From the NCBI GenBank assembly GCA_963730155.1, contig CAVSQV010000003.1, positions 2,938,496 through 3,002,495 of the forward strand: 64,000 nucleotides of DNA, in the 5' to 3' direction. The translations under genes and the position numbers were made by a program. Positions 26,546-36,896 of the stretch are shown piece after piece (the stretch's first letter is position 1; every line of letters starts with the position of its first letter). The stretch is from an uncultured Acidobacteriota bacterium (GTDB lineage Bacteria; Acidobacteriota; Thermoanaerobaculia; Multivoradales; JBCCEF01). The notes below the pieces were generated by a model. The model was not told where the DNA came from and made no database searches. It saw only the letters and a list, made by a program, of their open reading frames with translations.

Positions 26546-27300
26546 ATGAGGATGGTAATCAAGCACTGCAGATGGGTCGCGGCCGCCGGGGCGCTCGGGC
26601 TTGCCCTTCTGACCACGAGCGCGACCGCACAAGAGCCTGGAGCGCCCTACCCTCCGGCGGGATCCGAGGAGGTCGTCCCGCGCTCCGCCCCGCGGCCGCA
26701 GGGGGGCACCGGGGCGGCGGGTGGAGCCAACCCCGTCGTCTCGGTCACTGCCAACCAGTGTGCCGCCAGGGGCGGAAGCTGCGATGCCGCCAACGACTGT
26801 GTGGTGTTCCGGAACGATCCCGAGCTCGGCTTGGTCCCGGTGATCGAAGGGACCTGTTCGGGCGGCGGCGACGGGGGCGGCCCGATCGGCGGCGGTTCAC
26901 AGGGCGGCGGCCCGGTCAACAACTGCACCGACGGGATCAACTCCGTGAGCTACAACGGCTTCTCTGTCGACTGCGGCAAGGAGGGCGAACGCTGCACCGC
27001 CGCCTGCCAGGAACGCCTCGACCCTCGCCATCCGCAGGCTCTGCAGCGATGCCTGCATTCGGGTCAACCTCAACTGCTGCACCGGCGAGGACCCGATCCG
27101 GCAGCAGTGCACCGCGCCGATCGGCGGCGACCGGCGCCGGCGCTGCGCTACCGATCGGGAGAGGCGCGATGTCGTCTGCGGTACCGACCCGGGCACGATC
27201 AACGGCCTGCCGCGCTCGATCCAGGACTGCCTGCAGGCGAGCCGGCTGCGGGAGGAACTGCTGCTCCGGGCTGGTCGAGCCCGAGAGCTGAGGACTGCCG
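26546..27300 (+). CDS. Secreted Cys-rich, Gly-rich protein, probably frameshifted near 27045
   Basis: RBS gggagag then ATG. The signal peptide is MRMVIKHCRWVAAAGALGLALLTTSATAQEP. It is followed by Cys-spaced modules (NQCAARGGSCDAANDCVV..GTCSGGGDGGGPIGGGSQGGGPVNNCTDG..SVDCGKEGERCTAACQERL). After ...RCLHS the frame turns into Arg-rich sequence. The +1 frame continues as Cys-rich sequence (ACIRVNLNCCTGEDPIRQQCTAPIGG...CGTDPGTINGLPRSIQDCLQ). The 3' end is uncertain. Confidence 0.4.
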
Positions 27301-27364
27301 GTCTGGACGAGAATCGGGCCGCCGTCCCCGCGGGCGGCGGCCCGATCGCCCGCTCACGCCGTCT

Positions 27365-30300
27365 TCAGACCGCCGCCGGGAGCCCCTCGTCCAGGGTGTC
27401 CTCGCCGATCTCGCCCACCGGCTCGCCCTCGCCCGACTCGGCCTCGGCGGTGCGGGTCTTGGCGACCAGCACGTAGATCGACGGCACGACGAAGAGCGTG
27501 AAGACCGTGCCGATGATCATGCCGGTGACCAGCATGATGCCGATGCGTTGCGCGCGCCGGCGCCCGGGCCGGTGGCGAAGACCAGCGGCAAGTGGCCGAC
27601 CACGGTGGCGGCGGTGGTCATCAGGATCGGCCGCAGCCGGGTGCGTCGACGGCCTCGATGACCGCCTGCGAGCTTGTCCCGCCCCTGCTCCTGCAGGTGG
27701 TTGGCGAACTCGACGATCAGGATGCCGTTCTTCGCCACCAGGCCGACCAGCGTGATCAGTCCCACCTGGCTGTAGATGTTGAGCGTGGTGAAGCCCAGGA
27801 ACGAGAAGAGCAGCGCGCCCGGAGAGCGCCAGCGGCACCGAGCCGGCGAGGATGATGAACGGATCGCGGAAGCTCTCGAACTGCGCGGCCAGCACGAGGT
27901 AGATCAGGATCGCCGAGAGCAGGAAGGTGCCGAGGAACTTGCTCGCCCTCGATGCGCAGCTGGCGCGACTCGCCGGCGTAGTCGACGGTGAAGCCCGGCG
28001 GCAGGATCTTCGCCGCCTCCTCCTCGAGGAAGCCGAGCGCCTGGTCGAGCGAGACGCCCGGCGGGATCGCGCCCTGGATGCGCACCGCGTTGAGCTGCTG
28101 GAAGCGCTTGAGCTCGCGCGGCTCGGTCGTGGTCTCGAGCGTGGCGAAGGTCGAGAGCGGCACCAGCTTGCCGTCGGGCCCGGTGACGTAGATGTCCTCG
28201 AGCTGGTCGGCGGTCAGCCGCTCGCTGCGCTTGACCTGCGGGATCACCTTGTAGCTGCGGCCCTGGATGCTGAAGCGGTTGACGTAGTTGCCGCCCAGCA
28301 GCGTCGAGAGGTCGCGGCCGGCCTGGCGCGAGGTCGACGCCCAGCGAGCGCACCTTGTCGCGGTCGAAGACCACCTCGGCCTGCGGCTGGTCGAACTTGA
28401 GGTCGGTGTCGGCGAACATGAAGAGGCCGCTCTGCGAACGCCTTGCCGACGAGCTGGTTGGCGAACTCGATGAGCTCGCTCGGGCTCGGCCGTCGAGGCG
28501 ATCACGAAGTCGACCGGGAAGTCGCCGCCGCCGGGCAGCGGCGGGCGGCGTGATCGGGATGACCCGCACGCCCGGGATCTGCGACAGCTTCGCCGACGCC
28601 TCGATCTGGAGCTCGGCCGACGGTGCTGCTCGCGCTCGCTCCACGGCTTGGTCACCATGCCGCCGAAGCCGCCGGTCGGGAAGGTGATCTGGAAGGTGGC
28701 GTCGGTCTCCGGGAACGACTCGAAGACCTCGTCGATCTCGTCGGCGAAGAGCGTGGTCTGGTCGATCGTCGCGTTGGCGCGCGGCCTGGACGATGCCGAA
28801 GACGACGCCCTGGTCCTCGGCCGGCGCCAGCTCGCTGCTGCGAGAACATGTAGAACGGCACGATCAGCAGCGACGACGATCACCCACAGCGTGAGCACCA
28901 CCGGCCGGTAGTCGAGCGTCCCCGACGAGCAGCCGCGCGTAGCGCTCGCGGACGCTCTCGAAGCGGCGGTTGACCAAGCCGGCGAAGCCGCGCTCGGTGT
29001 CGCCGGCGCGCAGCAGCTTCGAGCCCATCATCGGCGACAGCGTCAGCGCCACGACGCCGGAGACGATCACCGCGCCGGCCAGGGTGAAGGCGAACTCGCG
29101 GAAGAGCGAGCCGGTCAGGCCGCCCTGGATGGCGACCGGCGTGTAGACCGCGGCCAGGGTGATGGTCATGGCGATGATCGGACCGACCAGCTCGCGGGCC
29201 GCGTGCGATGCGCCGCCTGCGAACGGCGTCTTGCCCACGTGCAGGTGGCGCTCGACGTTCTCGACCATGACGATCGCGTCGTCGACCACGAGGCCGACCG
29301 AGAGCACGATGGCGAGCAGCGTCAGCAGGTTGATGGTGAAGCCCGCCGGCCAGCATGAGGAAGACCGCGCCGATCAGCGAGATCGGGATCGCCACCACCG
29401 GAATGATCACCGAGCGCACCGAGCCGAGGAAGAGGAAGATCACCAGGATCGACGATCAGCAGCGTCTCGCTCGAGGGTCTTGAGCACCTCGTCGATCGCG
29501 TCCTGGATGTAGTCGGTCGAGTCGTAGGGGATGCCGGCCTTCATCCCGGCCGGGAGCTGCGCCTGGATCTCCGGCATCGCCTCGCGCACCTGCGCCGATC
29601 ACGTCGAGCGTGTTGGCGGTCGGCAGCACCCAGATGCCCATGAAGGTCGCGGTCTCGCCGTTGAAGCGCACCTCCTGGTCGTAGTTCTCGGCGCCGAGCA
29701 CCACGTCGGCGATCTCGCCCAGCCGCACGACGCACGCCGTCCTCCTCCTTGACCACGAGCTGGCGGAACTCCTCGGCGGTCTGCAGGTCGGTGTTGGCGA
29801 TCAGGTTGACCGACATCATCGAGCCCTTGGTCCGGCCGAGCGCGGAGAGGTAGTTGTTCGCCGCCAGCGCGTCGCTGCGACCTCGGACGGCGAGATGCCG
29901 AGCGCCGCCATCCGCTCGGGCTTCGAGCCAGATCGCGCATGGCGAAGGTGCGGTCGCCGAGGATGTCGGCGCGCTGCACGCCGCTGATCGCCGACAGCCG
30001 CGGCTGCACGACGCGGGTCAGGTAGTCGGTGATCTGGTTCTGGTCGAGATCGTCGGAGGAGAAGCCGAGGTACATCGCCGCGAACTGGCTGTCCGCCGTC
30101 TCGAGCTCGATGATCGGCGCCTCGGCCTCGGGCGGCAGGTCGTTGCGCACCTGCGCCACCTTGGCCTGGATCTGGGTCAGCGCGGCGTTGGTGTCGTAGT
30201 TGAGCTTCAGGTGCACGGTGATCGTGCGACACGCCCTGCGCGCTCGACGACTCCATGTAGTCGATGCCGTCGGCGCTGGCGATCACCCGCTCGAGCGGCG

Positions 30301-30495
30301 TGGTGATGAAGCCGCGCACCAGGTCGGCGTTGGCGCCGATGTAGGCGGTGGTCACCCTGATCACCGCGATGTCGCTGCGCGGGTACTGCCGCACGGTGAG
30401 CGAGCGGATCGCCTGCAGCGCCGGCGATCAGGATCACCAGGTTGACGACGATCGCCAGCACCGGGCCGGCGGATGAAGAGGTCGGTGATCTTCAT
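27365..30495 (-). pseudogene. RND (HAE1/AcrB-like) inner-membrane efflux transporter, disrupted by multiple frameshifts
   Basis: The start MKITDLFIRRP and the end ...VVPSIYVLVAKTRTAEAE...DEGLPAAV are recognisable. AcrB-like segments are spread over at least 9 track ORFs in all three minus frames ([86 protein letters not shown] and others). The span length is not a multiple of 3. Confidence 0.75.
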
Positions 30496-30499
30496 CGAG

Positions 30500-31647
30500 C
30501 TGTCCTCCGGGCGTTCGTGGGCTTGGCGTCGGCGCTCGTTGCCGGGCTGGATCTCGTTGTTGACCTGGACCGCGGCGCCGTTGCGCAGCTTGAAGACGCC
30601 CGAGGTCACGACCTCCTCGCCCGGCTTGACGCCGGAGAGGACCGCGACCTGGTCGCCGCGCGCGCCGCCCAGCTTCACGAACTGCTGGCGCACGCCGCGG
30701 TAGGTCTTGCCGTCCGGCCCCTTGCATCGTCCTCGACGATGAAGACCGAGTCGCCGTAGGGCGCGTAGCTGATCGCCGAGGCCGGCAGCGCGACCACCGC
30801 CTGCCGCCGCGCCGAGCGCCGACCTGCGCCTCGACGAACATGCCGGGGCGCAGCGCGGCCGTCGGGGTTGGCGAAGGTCGCCTGCACCTGGACGTTGCGG
30901 GTCGCCTCGTCGACGACCGAGTCGACGGCGGTGATCTTGCCCGCGGCCGAGGCGCCGGCGGTGCCCTCGGCGGTCACCTGGACCTCGGTGCCCGGCCGCA
31001 GGCTGCGCCGACCTGCTGCTGCGGCACCGCGAAGTTGACGTAGATCGGGTCGAGCGACTGCAGCGGCACGACCGGGTCGCCGGCGTTCAGGTACTGGCCG
31101 AGGTTGACCTGGCGGATGCCGAGGACGCCGGCGAACGGCGCCCGGATCGTCTTGCGCTCGATGGTGGCGCGGATCTCGCCCACCCGCGCCTCGGCCTGCG
31201 TGCGGCTCGGCCTCGGCCCGGTCGAACTCGGCCTGCGAGATCACCCCCTTCTCGCGCAGCCCGCGGCATCCGCTCGAGGTTGAGCCGGGCCAGCTCGCGC
31301 TGCGACTCGGCGGCGGCGAGCTGCGCCTCCTCCTGGCTGGTGTCGAGCTCGACCAGCACCTCGCCCTTGCCGCACCGCGCGCCCGGAGTCGAAGGCGATC
31401 CGCTCGACGATGCCCGGCAGGTCGGCGCTGACGGTGACGCCCTGGACGGCGGCCACCGTGCCGATGGCGGAGAGCGTCGCCGGCCACTCGCTCCTGCTGG
31501 GCGACCACCGTGGTCACCGCCTCGGGCGGCGGCTGGAACGACGAGCCCTGGGCGATGGCCGTCTGGATCTGCCGGAACTTGAACATGCCGAGCGCCGATC
31601 AGCAGGACCGCGACGACGACCAGCATCAGGATCATGCGCTTTGCCAT
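30500..31647 (-). pseudogene. Membrane fusion protein (HlyD/AcrA-like periplasmic adaptor), frameshifted
   Basis: RBS ggagga then ATG (MAKRMILMLVVVAVLLIGA). Adaptor-like pieces (GEIRATIERKTIRAPFAGVLGIRQVNLGQYLNAGDPVVPLQSLDPIYVNF; ..VTSGVFKLRNGAAVQVNNEIQP) lie in different frames. No stop separates this gene from the RND start in the C-terminal frame. Confidence 0.6.
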
Positions 31648-31664
31648 GGTGGGATCCTCCGGTG

Positions 31665-33294
31665 TCTACTGCGCTTCTTGGGACGCTTCTTGGGGCGCTT
31701 CTTGCCGAGTTTCCGACTTCGATGCCGCGTTGCTGCGAGCAGCGACGCCGGTGGCGCGCGCCAGCTCGGTCGCGCGCGTCGGTAGTCGGTCTGACCGCCT
31801 CGATCTCGTCGAGCCGGGCGCTCGAGAGGTCGTTCTGGCGCGTCAGCACCAGGAAGTTGGTCGACATGCCCGACCGCGAAGCGCTCGCGCTCGGCGCCGA
31901 GCTGGACCTCGGCCGCCTCGCGGGCGGCGCGCGCCGCCTCGATGCGCCGTCCGCGGTCTCGAGCGCCGCGGCGGCGTCGAGCACCTCGGCGCGCACCGCC
32001 TTGCGCAGGATCGCGAGGTCGGCCTCGGCCTGCCGCTCGACGCTCTCGGCGATCGCCGCCGCCGCCCGCGCCTCGCGGTTGCCGATCGGCAGTTCGAGAC
32101 GCGAAGCCGATCCGCGCCTCGTCGAAGTCGCCGTCGACGAGCAGCTCGAGCGAGTCGCCGAAGTCGCCCTCGAGACCGCCCGGCACGCCGACCGGGAAGC
32201 CCGGGATCGGCTCGTTGCGCGGATTGCGCGAGCCGGCGAGACCGAAGCGGTCGTAGGAGACCACCGCGTCGAGCGCCGGCTTGACCGCGTCGCGGGCGAA
32301 GCCGGTCTCTGCGCGCCGCTGCTCGATCACCGCCTCGGCGGCGTCCAGCTCGGCGCGCAGCGCCAGCGCTTCGCCGATCGCCGCGCCGAGATCGACCTCG
32401 ACCGGCGTCACCTCGACCGGCTCGACCGGCACCACCGGCGCCAGCCAGAGATCGGCGTCGGCGTCCGACAGGATCAGGAGCTTCAGGTTGTTCTCGGCCC
32501 GGGCGACCAATTCGCGGGTCTCCAAGAGCTCGCCCCGCCGCCGCTCCAGCTCGGCGCGCGGCTGAGCGATCTCGGTCTCGGGCGAGGCCCCGTTCTCGAT
32601 ACGGATCTCGGTCTCGGAGAGTTGCTCCTCGGCGAGCGCGCACCGCCTCCTCGCGAACCTCGACGGCGCGGCGGAAGGCGAGCAGGATCCAGTAGGCCCG
32701 CTCGACCTCGGCGACCGTCTCGATCACCTCGCGCTCGAGCGAGGCGGCGGCGCGGTCGCGATCGGCGGCGGCGACCCGGAGGCGCAGCCGGGCGGCGTCG
32801 ATCCCGCGGTCGCGCAGGAGCGGCTGGCGCAGCTCGACGCCGAGGCCCGACCCGTACGATGGCGACAACAGGTCGAACGAGGCGTCCGATTCCGTGCGCG
32901 CGCCGTCGGCGGAGACCAGCACCTGGCCGCCGGTGGGGAGGAGCTGGCGCACGCCGGCGCCGGCGTCGAAGCCCTCGAGCGTGGGCGCCAGCTCGCCCTC
33001 GGGCGCCCCGGAGAACGCCGAGTTGACCGGCGAGGTGCTGCGGAACCAGCCGGCGTCCACCCCGAGCACCGGGTCGTAGGCGCCCTCGGCGCCGGTGATC
33101 GCCGCCTCGGCGGAGTCGAGCGACAGCCGCTCGATCAGGATGGTCTCGTTCTTCTCGAGGGCGCGCGCGATCGCCTCCTCGAGGGTCAGCGCGGAGAGGT
33201 CCGTAGTTTGTGCGCCAGCCGCGGGCGCGAAGGCGGCGACGAGCGCCAGCGCGGCCAGCCGCCGCGGCGCCCGGGTTCGGAGGATCGATCTCAC
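31665..33294 (-). pseudogene. TolC-like outer membrane factor, frameshifted
   Basis: GTG start with a signal peptide (MRSILRTRAPRRLAALALVAAFAPAAGAQ). The N-terminal ~215 aa are OMF-like (LTLEEAIARALEKNETILIERLSLDSAEAAITGAEGAYDPVLGV...). Continuation pieces in two other frames (ETRELVARAENNLKLLILSDADADL..., ...STNFLVLTRQNDLSSARLDEIEAV) end ...QEAPQEASQEAQ. Confidence 0.65.
31671..31710 (-). repeat. 12-nt tandem repeat, about 3 copies, at the 3' end of the OMF gene
   Basis: The plus strand reads gcgcttcttggg acgcttcttgggg cgcttcttgcc. On the minus strand this encodes the (Q-E-A-x)3 tail ..RQEAPQEASQEAQ-stop of the TolC-like protein. Confidence 0.4.
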
Positions 33295-33533
33295 GTCTTG
33301 TCTCCCACCAGCTCGACCTTCTGGATGCAGGGATCGATCCCCGCGGCGAAGCTCTCGAAGCGCGCGGCGTCGAGTGCGACCAGAGCCCGCACCTCGCAGA
33401 CGTTGAAGTGCAGCCCGCTCTCGATCAGCTCCTGGATCGCGGCCTGCGGACCGGCGCCGAAGCGGCGGCGGAACCCCTCGTCCGTCACCAGCTTCCCGAT
33501 CACCGTCTCGACGTTGCGTTGGCTCATGGTCAC
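33291..33533 (-). CDS. Small Nif11/NHLP-leader-like domain protein (80 aa)
   Basis: The sequence is MTMSQRNVETVIGKLVTDEGFRRRFGAGPQAAIQELIESGLHFNVCEVRALVALDAARFESFAAGIDPCIQKVELVGDKT. The x-L-V-T-D-x-x-F-R-x-R-F...P-x-A-A-[IL]-x-E-L pattern followed by an amphipathic helix resembles Nif11/NHLP-type leader-like domains. Its TGA overlaps the GTG start of the downstream OMF gene (GTGA). Confidence 0.55.
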   Translation of the reverse strand: MTMSQRNVETVIGKLVTDEGFRRRFGAGPQAAIQELIESGLHFNVCEVRALVALDAARFESFAAGIDPCIQKVELVGDKT

Positions 33534-33781
33534 CTCCCCGGCGGGGGCGTCTACTCCAAGGCGCGTGCCAGGCCCCCCGGGGAGCGGCCCCCCGAGCCGA
33601 AAGTCCCTGACCTCATCAGGCTTCGGCGAGCGAGACCCGTGGCCCGGCGCGTCGCGAACCGGTCGGCCGCGAGTGTCGATAACTCTACACTCTGTCGGAA
33701 TGCGGGCACCTGGCGGCTGTCCCGATCCACCGACGGGCGCCGCACTGGGGGGATGAGGAAGACCTGCACAGGAGGACCGCC

Positions 33782-35458
33782 ATGCCCCGGAGCCCGCTCG
33801 CGCCAGCCGTCGCCGCCGTCGTCGCCCTCGCCCTCGCGCTGCTCGCCCTGCCCGCCGGCGCCGCCGCGGCCGGCCCGGCGCCGGACCTCGTGCTCTTCAA
33901 CGGCAAGGTGTTCACCGCGGACCCCGGACGGCCGTGGGCCTCGGCGGTGGCGGTGCGCGGCGCGCGCATCGCCGCGGTGGGCGAGGATGCGCCGGTGCGC
34001 TCGCTCGCCGGACCGGGGACGGTGTCGATCGACCTCGGCGGGCGCGTCCTGGTGCCCGGCTTCAACGACGCCCACGGCCACCTCGGAGTCGGCTTCCCGC
34101 GCCTGACCCTGCCGCCGATCGCCATCCCCGGCCCGGGTCCGACCCTCGCCCAGGCGCTCGACCAGGTGGCCGGGGCGGTGGCGGTCGCCGCGCCGGGCGA
34201 GGTGATCCTGGCGATCGTCGGCGAGGCGGTGATCCTCGACCCGGCGGCCGACCGCACGGCGATCGACGCGGTGGCGCCCGACAACCCGGTGATGCTCCTC
34301 ACCTGGTCGTCGCACAGCGCGGTGGTCAACAGCGCGATGCTGGCGCTCGGCGGCGTCGGCGAGGAGGAGCCCGACCCGTTCGGCGGCTCCTACGACCGCT
34401 TCCCGGGCACGGACGTGGTCAACGGCGTGGTCCACGAGTACGCGCTGTTCCGGCTCATCGGCGCGGTCCGCGCGACCGTGCCCGACGCGGTGCTGCGCGC
34501 CGAGTTCGAGGCCCTGACCGCGCTCGCCGCCCGGGCCGGCGTGACCACCGTCCAGGAGATGACCATCGGCGTCTCCCGCGCGCGCAGCGTCGCGATCCTC
34601 GCCGGCGCCGATCTCGCGGTGCGGGTGCGCTCGATGTGCGTGCCGCTGGCGCTCGACGAGCCGTGCGCGCCGGGGCCGGTGACGCCGCTCGACCGGCTGA
34701 CCTGGTCCGGGATCAAGTGGCTGGTCGACGGCACGCCGATCGAGCGCAGCGCCGCGCTGCGCGAGCCCTACGCCGACCACCCGGGGACCGGCCGGATCAA
34801 CGTCGGCGGCGCCGACCTCCGGGCGGCGGTCCGGCGGAGCCTCCTCCACCCGCTGACCGGCCAGCTCTTGACCCACGCGGTCGGCGACCGCGCCCTCGAC
34901 CAGGTCCTGGGCGAGCTCGACCGCTCGGCGCCCGACCTGGTCTGGCGCCTGCTCCGCCCGCGCATCGAGCACGGCGACCTGCTACACCCCGAGCAGATCG
35001 CCGCCGCGCGCCGGCTCGGTGCGATCGTGGTCCAGAACCCGACTCACCTGGCGGTCGACTTCGAGCCCTCGCTCGGTCCGGTGCGGGCGGCGGCGATGCA
35101 GCCGTTGCGCACCCTGCTCGAGGAGGGCGTCCGCCTCGCCCTGGGCTCCGACGCCGCCCTCCCCAACCCGTTCCTCGACGTCTTCCTCGCCGTGGTCCAC
35201 CCGTTCCACCCGGACGAGGCGCTGACCGTCGAGCAAGCAGTCACCGCCTACACCCGAGGCTCCGCCTACGCCGAGCACCAGGAGTGGCAGAAAGGGGCGA
35301 TCCGGCCCGGCTACCTGGCCGACCTCGCGGTGCTCTCCCAGGACGTCTTCGCGATCCCGCCCGCGGCGATCCCGGCGACGGTGAGCGTGCTGACGCTCGT
35401 CGGCGGCGACGTGGTGTGGGACGCGGGCGTCCTCACACCTGCCGCTCCTGGGTCTTGA
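33782..35458 (+). CDS. Secreted amidohydrolase-family metal-dependent hydrolase
   Basis: 558 aa. The signal peptide is MPRSPLAPAVAAVVALALALLALPAGAAAA. The metal-binding HxH motif is (VPGFNDAHGHLGVG). The C-terminal region ...LGSDAALPNPFLD... is typical of amidohydrolase_3-like enzymes. Confidence 0.8.
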   Translation: MPRSPLAPAVAAVVALALALLALPAGAAAAGPAPDLVLFNGKVFTADPGRPWASAVAVRGARIAAVGEDAPVRSLAGPGTVSIDLGGRVLVPGFNDAHGHLGVGFPRLTLPPIAIPGPGPTLAQALDQVAGAVAVAAPGEVILAIVGEAVILDPAADRTAIDAVAPDNPVMLLTWSSHSAVVNSAMLALGGVGEEEPDPFGGSYDRFPGTDVVNGVVHEYALFRLIGAVRATVPDAVLRAEFEALTALAARAGVTTVQEMTIGVSRARSVAILAGADLAVRVRSMCVPLALDEPCAPGPVTPLDRLTWSGIKWLVDGTPIERSAALREPYADHPGTGRINVGGADLRAAVRRSLLHPLTGQLLTHAVGDRALDQVLGELDRSAPDLVWRLLRPRIEHGDLLHPEQIAAARRLGAIVVQNPTHLAVDFEPSLGPVRAAAMQPLRTLLEEGVRLALGSDAALPNPFLDVFLAVVHPFHPDEALTVEQAVTAYTRGSAYAEHQEWQKGAIRPGYLADLAVLSQDVFAIPPAAIPATVSVLTLVGGDVVWDAGVLTPAAPGS

Positions 35459-36533
35459 GCGAGACGTAGGTCCCCGAGCTGAGGCCCAGGAGGACGAGGA
35501 GCTGGTCGCTGAAGGTGGGCATCGTCAGCCGGGTCACGACCGCGTAGACGAAGTAGCCGCCGAGGACCAGCGTCCAGAGGACGAACTGGAGGCGGTAGAC
35601 GCTGTAGCCGTTCTCGTCTTGGAGCAGGTCGGAGAAGAAGGTCTTCGCCGACTGGCGCTTGATCGCCGTGGTCTGCGCCAGCTCGGCCGCCACCTTGCGC
35701 TGCTGTTCGAGCACCGCCTGGTCGCTCACCTTCGCCACCGTCTGCGGGTCGTTCAGCCTGGCCTGCTCGCTCTCGAGCGCCTCCCGCCGCCGGACCTGTG
35801 CCTCCTTGCCGCCGTCGACCACCGCGCTGCCCAACCCGGTCGCGGCGCTGATGCCGAGGAGCGCCAGGACGTCGCCGTTGAGGTTGGCGGCGGCGCCGGT
35901 CGAGATCAGGATCAGCAGGAAGGCGCCGAGCGCCAGGACGGTCCAGAACGCGATCTGCGTGCGGCCGAGGCTGTAGGGACCGGCGGCCCCGCCCTCGCGC
36001 AGGAGCGGCGTCGTCCGCGCGAGCCAGACGGTGAGCCCGGCGATCAGCAGCATGATGCCGATCCAGGTCCACCTCCAGAACGGCGTCAGCACCGAAAGGG
36101 TCAGTGCGACCTCGTTCGTGCGCGGCCAGGCGACCCCGGGGCACGACTCGTAGCCGAGGCTCGCCTTCACCCGCCGGGTCCCGGGACCGAAGAGCGAGCC
36201 CGAGGCGAGGTGCGCCCACGGGTTGTGCCCGGAGTCCGCCGCCGCACCCTGCATCCAGCTCGGCTCGAGGTCGAAGCGCACGCGGTCGGGCCCGAGATGC
36301 TGGGGCACGATCCCGGGCATCGCGAAGCCGTCGAGGAAGAGGCGCAGCTCCTGGTCCGGCCCGCGGTCGGGACAGAGGCGCTCGAGGTTCGCGACCGTGA
36401 ACGTCACCTCGTCGCCGAGCGCGAAGCGGTCCGGCGTCACCGACCGGATGGCGGCGCCGCCCTGGGCCTCGGCTCCTGTGAAGGCGATCCCGGTGATCGC
36501 TACGCCGAGAAGAACACGACCGATGGCATTCAT
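35433..36533 (-). CDS. Hypothetical membrane protein with an N-terminal signal, a periplasmic domain and a C-terminal 4-TM region
   Basis: RBS ggtaagaggaaaagggggggacc then ATG (MNAIGRVLLGVAITGIAFTGAEAQ). The protein is 366 aa. A coiled-coil-like segment (RREALESEQARLNDPQTVAKVSDQAVLEQQRKVAAELAQT) lies between TM helices. It overlaps the amidohydrolase 3' end convergently. Confidence 0.55.
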   Translation of the reverse strand: MNAIGRVLLGVAITGIAFTGAEAQGGAAIRSVTPDRFALGDEVTFTVANLERLCPDRGPDQELRLFLDGFAMPGIVPQHLGPDRVRFDLEPSWMQGAAADSGHNPWAHLASGSLFGPGTRRVKASLGYESCPGVAWPRTNEVALTLSVLTPFWRWTWIGIMLLIAGLTVWLARTTPLLREGGAAGPYSLGRTQIAFWTVLALGAFLLILISTGAAANLNGDVLALLGISAATGLGSAVVDGGKEAQVRRREALESEQARLNDPQTVAKVSDQAVLEQQRKVAAELAQTTAIKRQSAKTFFSDLLQDENGYSVYRLQFVLWTLVLGGYFVYAVVTRLTMPTFSDQLLVLLGLSSGTYVSLKTQERQV

Positions 36534-36629
36534 GGTCCCCCCCCTTTTCCTCTTACCGTCTGACTCGGGTATCTCCCTTGAGGGTAGCATCGCACTGCTA
36601 GAGTCGGGGAACGTCGAGAGGGGCTACTC

Positions 36630-36896
36630 ATGAAAGAAGCAGTCCTGACCTACCCTGACGGCCTTCCTCAGTCCCTCAAGCTCTCGGACCGGGAGTTCGC
36701 CGAGGAGCTGCGCTTCCTCGCAGCGGCCAAGCTCTTCGAGCTGGGCCGGCTGTCTTCGGGTAAGGCCGCCGAGCTCGCGGATCTCGATCGGCTCACCTTC
36801 CTGGGCCGCCTGGCTTCGATCGGCGTCGCGGCGATCAACCTGCGAGAGGAAGAGGTGACCGCCGAGCTGGACATGGCCCGCGGTCTGGCTGGATGA
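36630..36896 (+). CDS. UPF0175-family antitoxin
   Basis: 88 aa. The sequence MKEAVLTYPDGLPQSLKLSDREFAEELRFLAAAKLFELGRLSSGKAAELADLDRLTFLGRLASIGVAA matches the UPF0175 pattern (..EEF..E.R.L.A.KLYE.G.LS.G.AAELAG..R.EFL..L...GV...). RBS gagagggg. Its stop overlaps the next gene's start (ATGA). Confidence 0.8.
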   Translation: MKEAVLTYPDGLPQSLKLSDREFAEELRFLAAAKLFELGRLSSGKAAELADLDRLTFLGRLASIGVAAINLREEEVTAELDMARGLAG

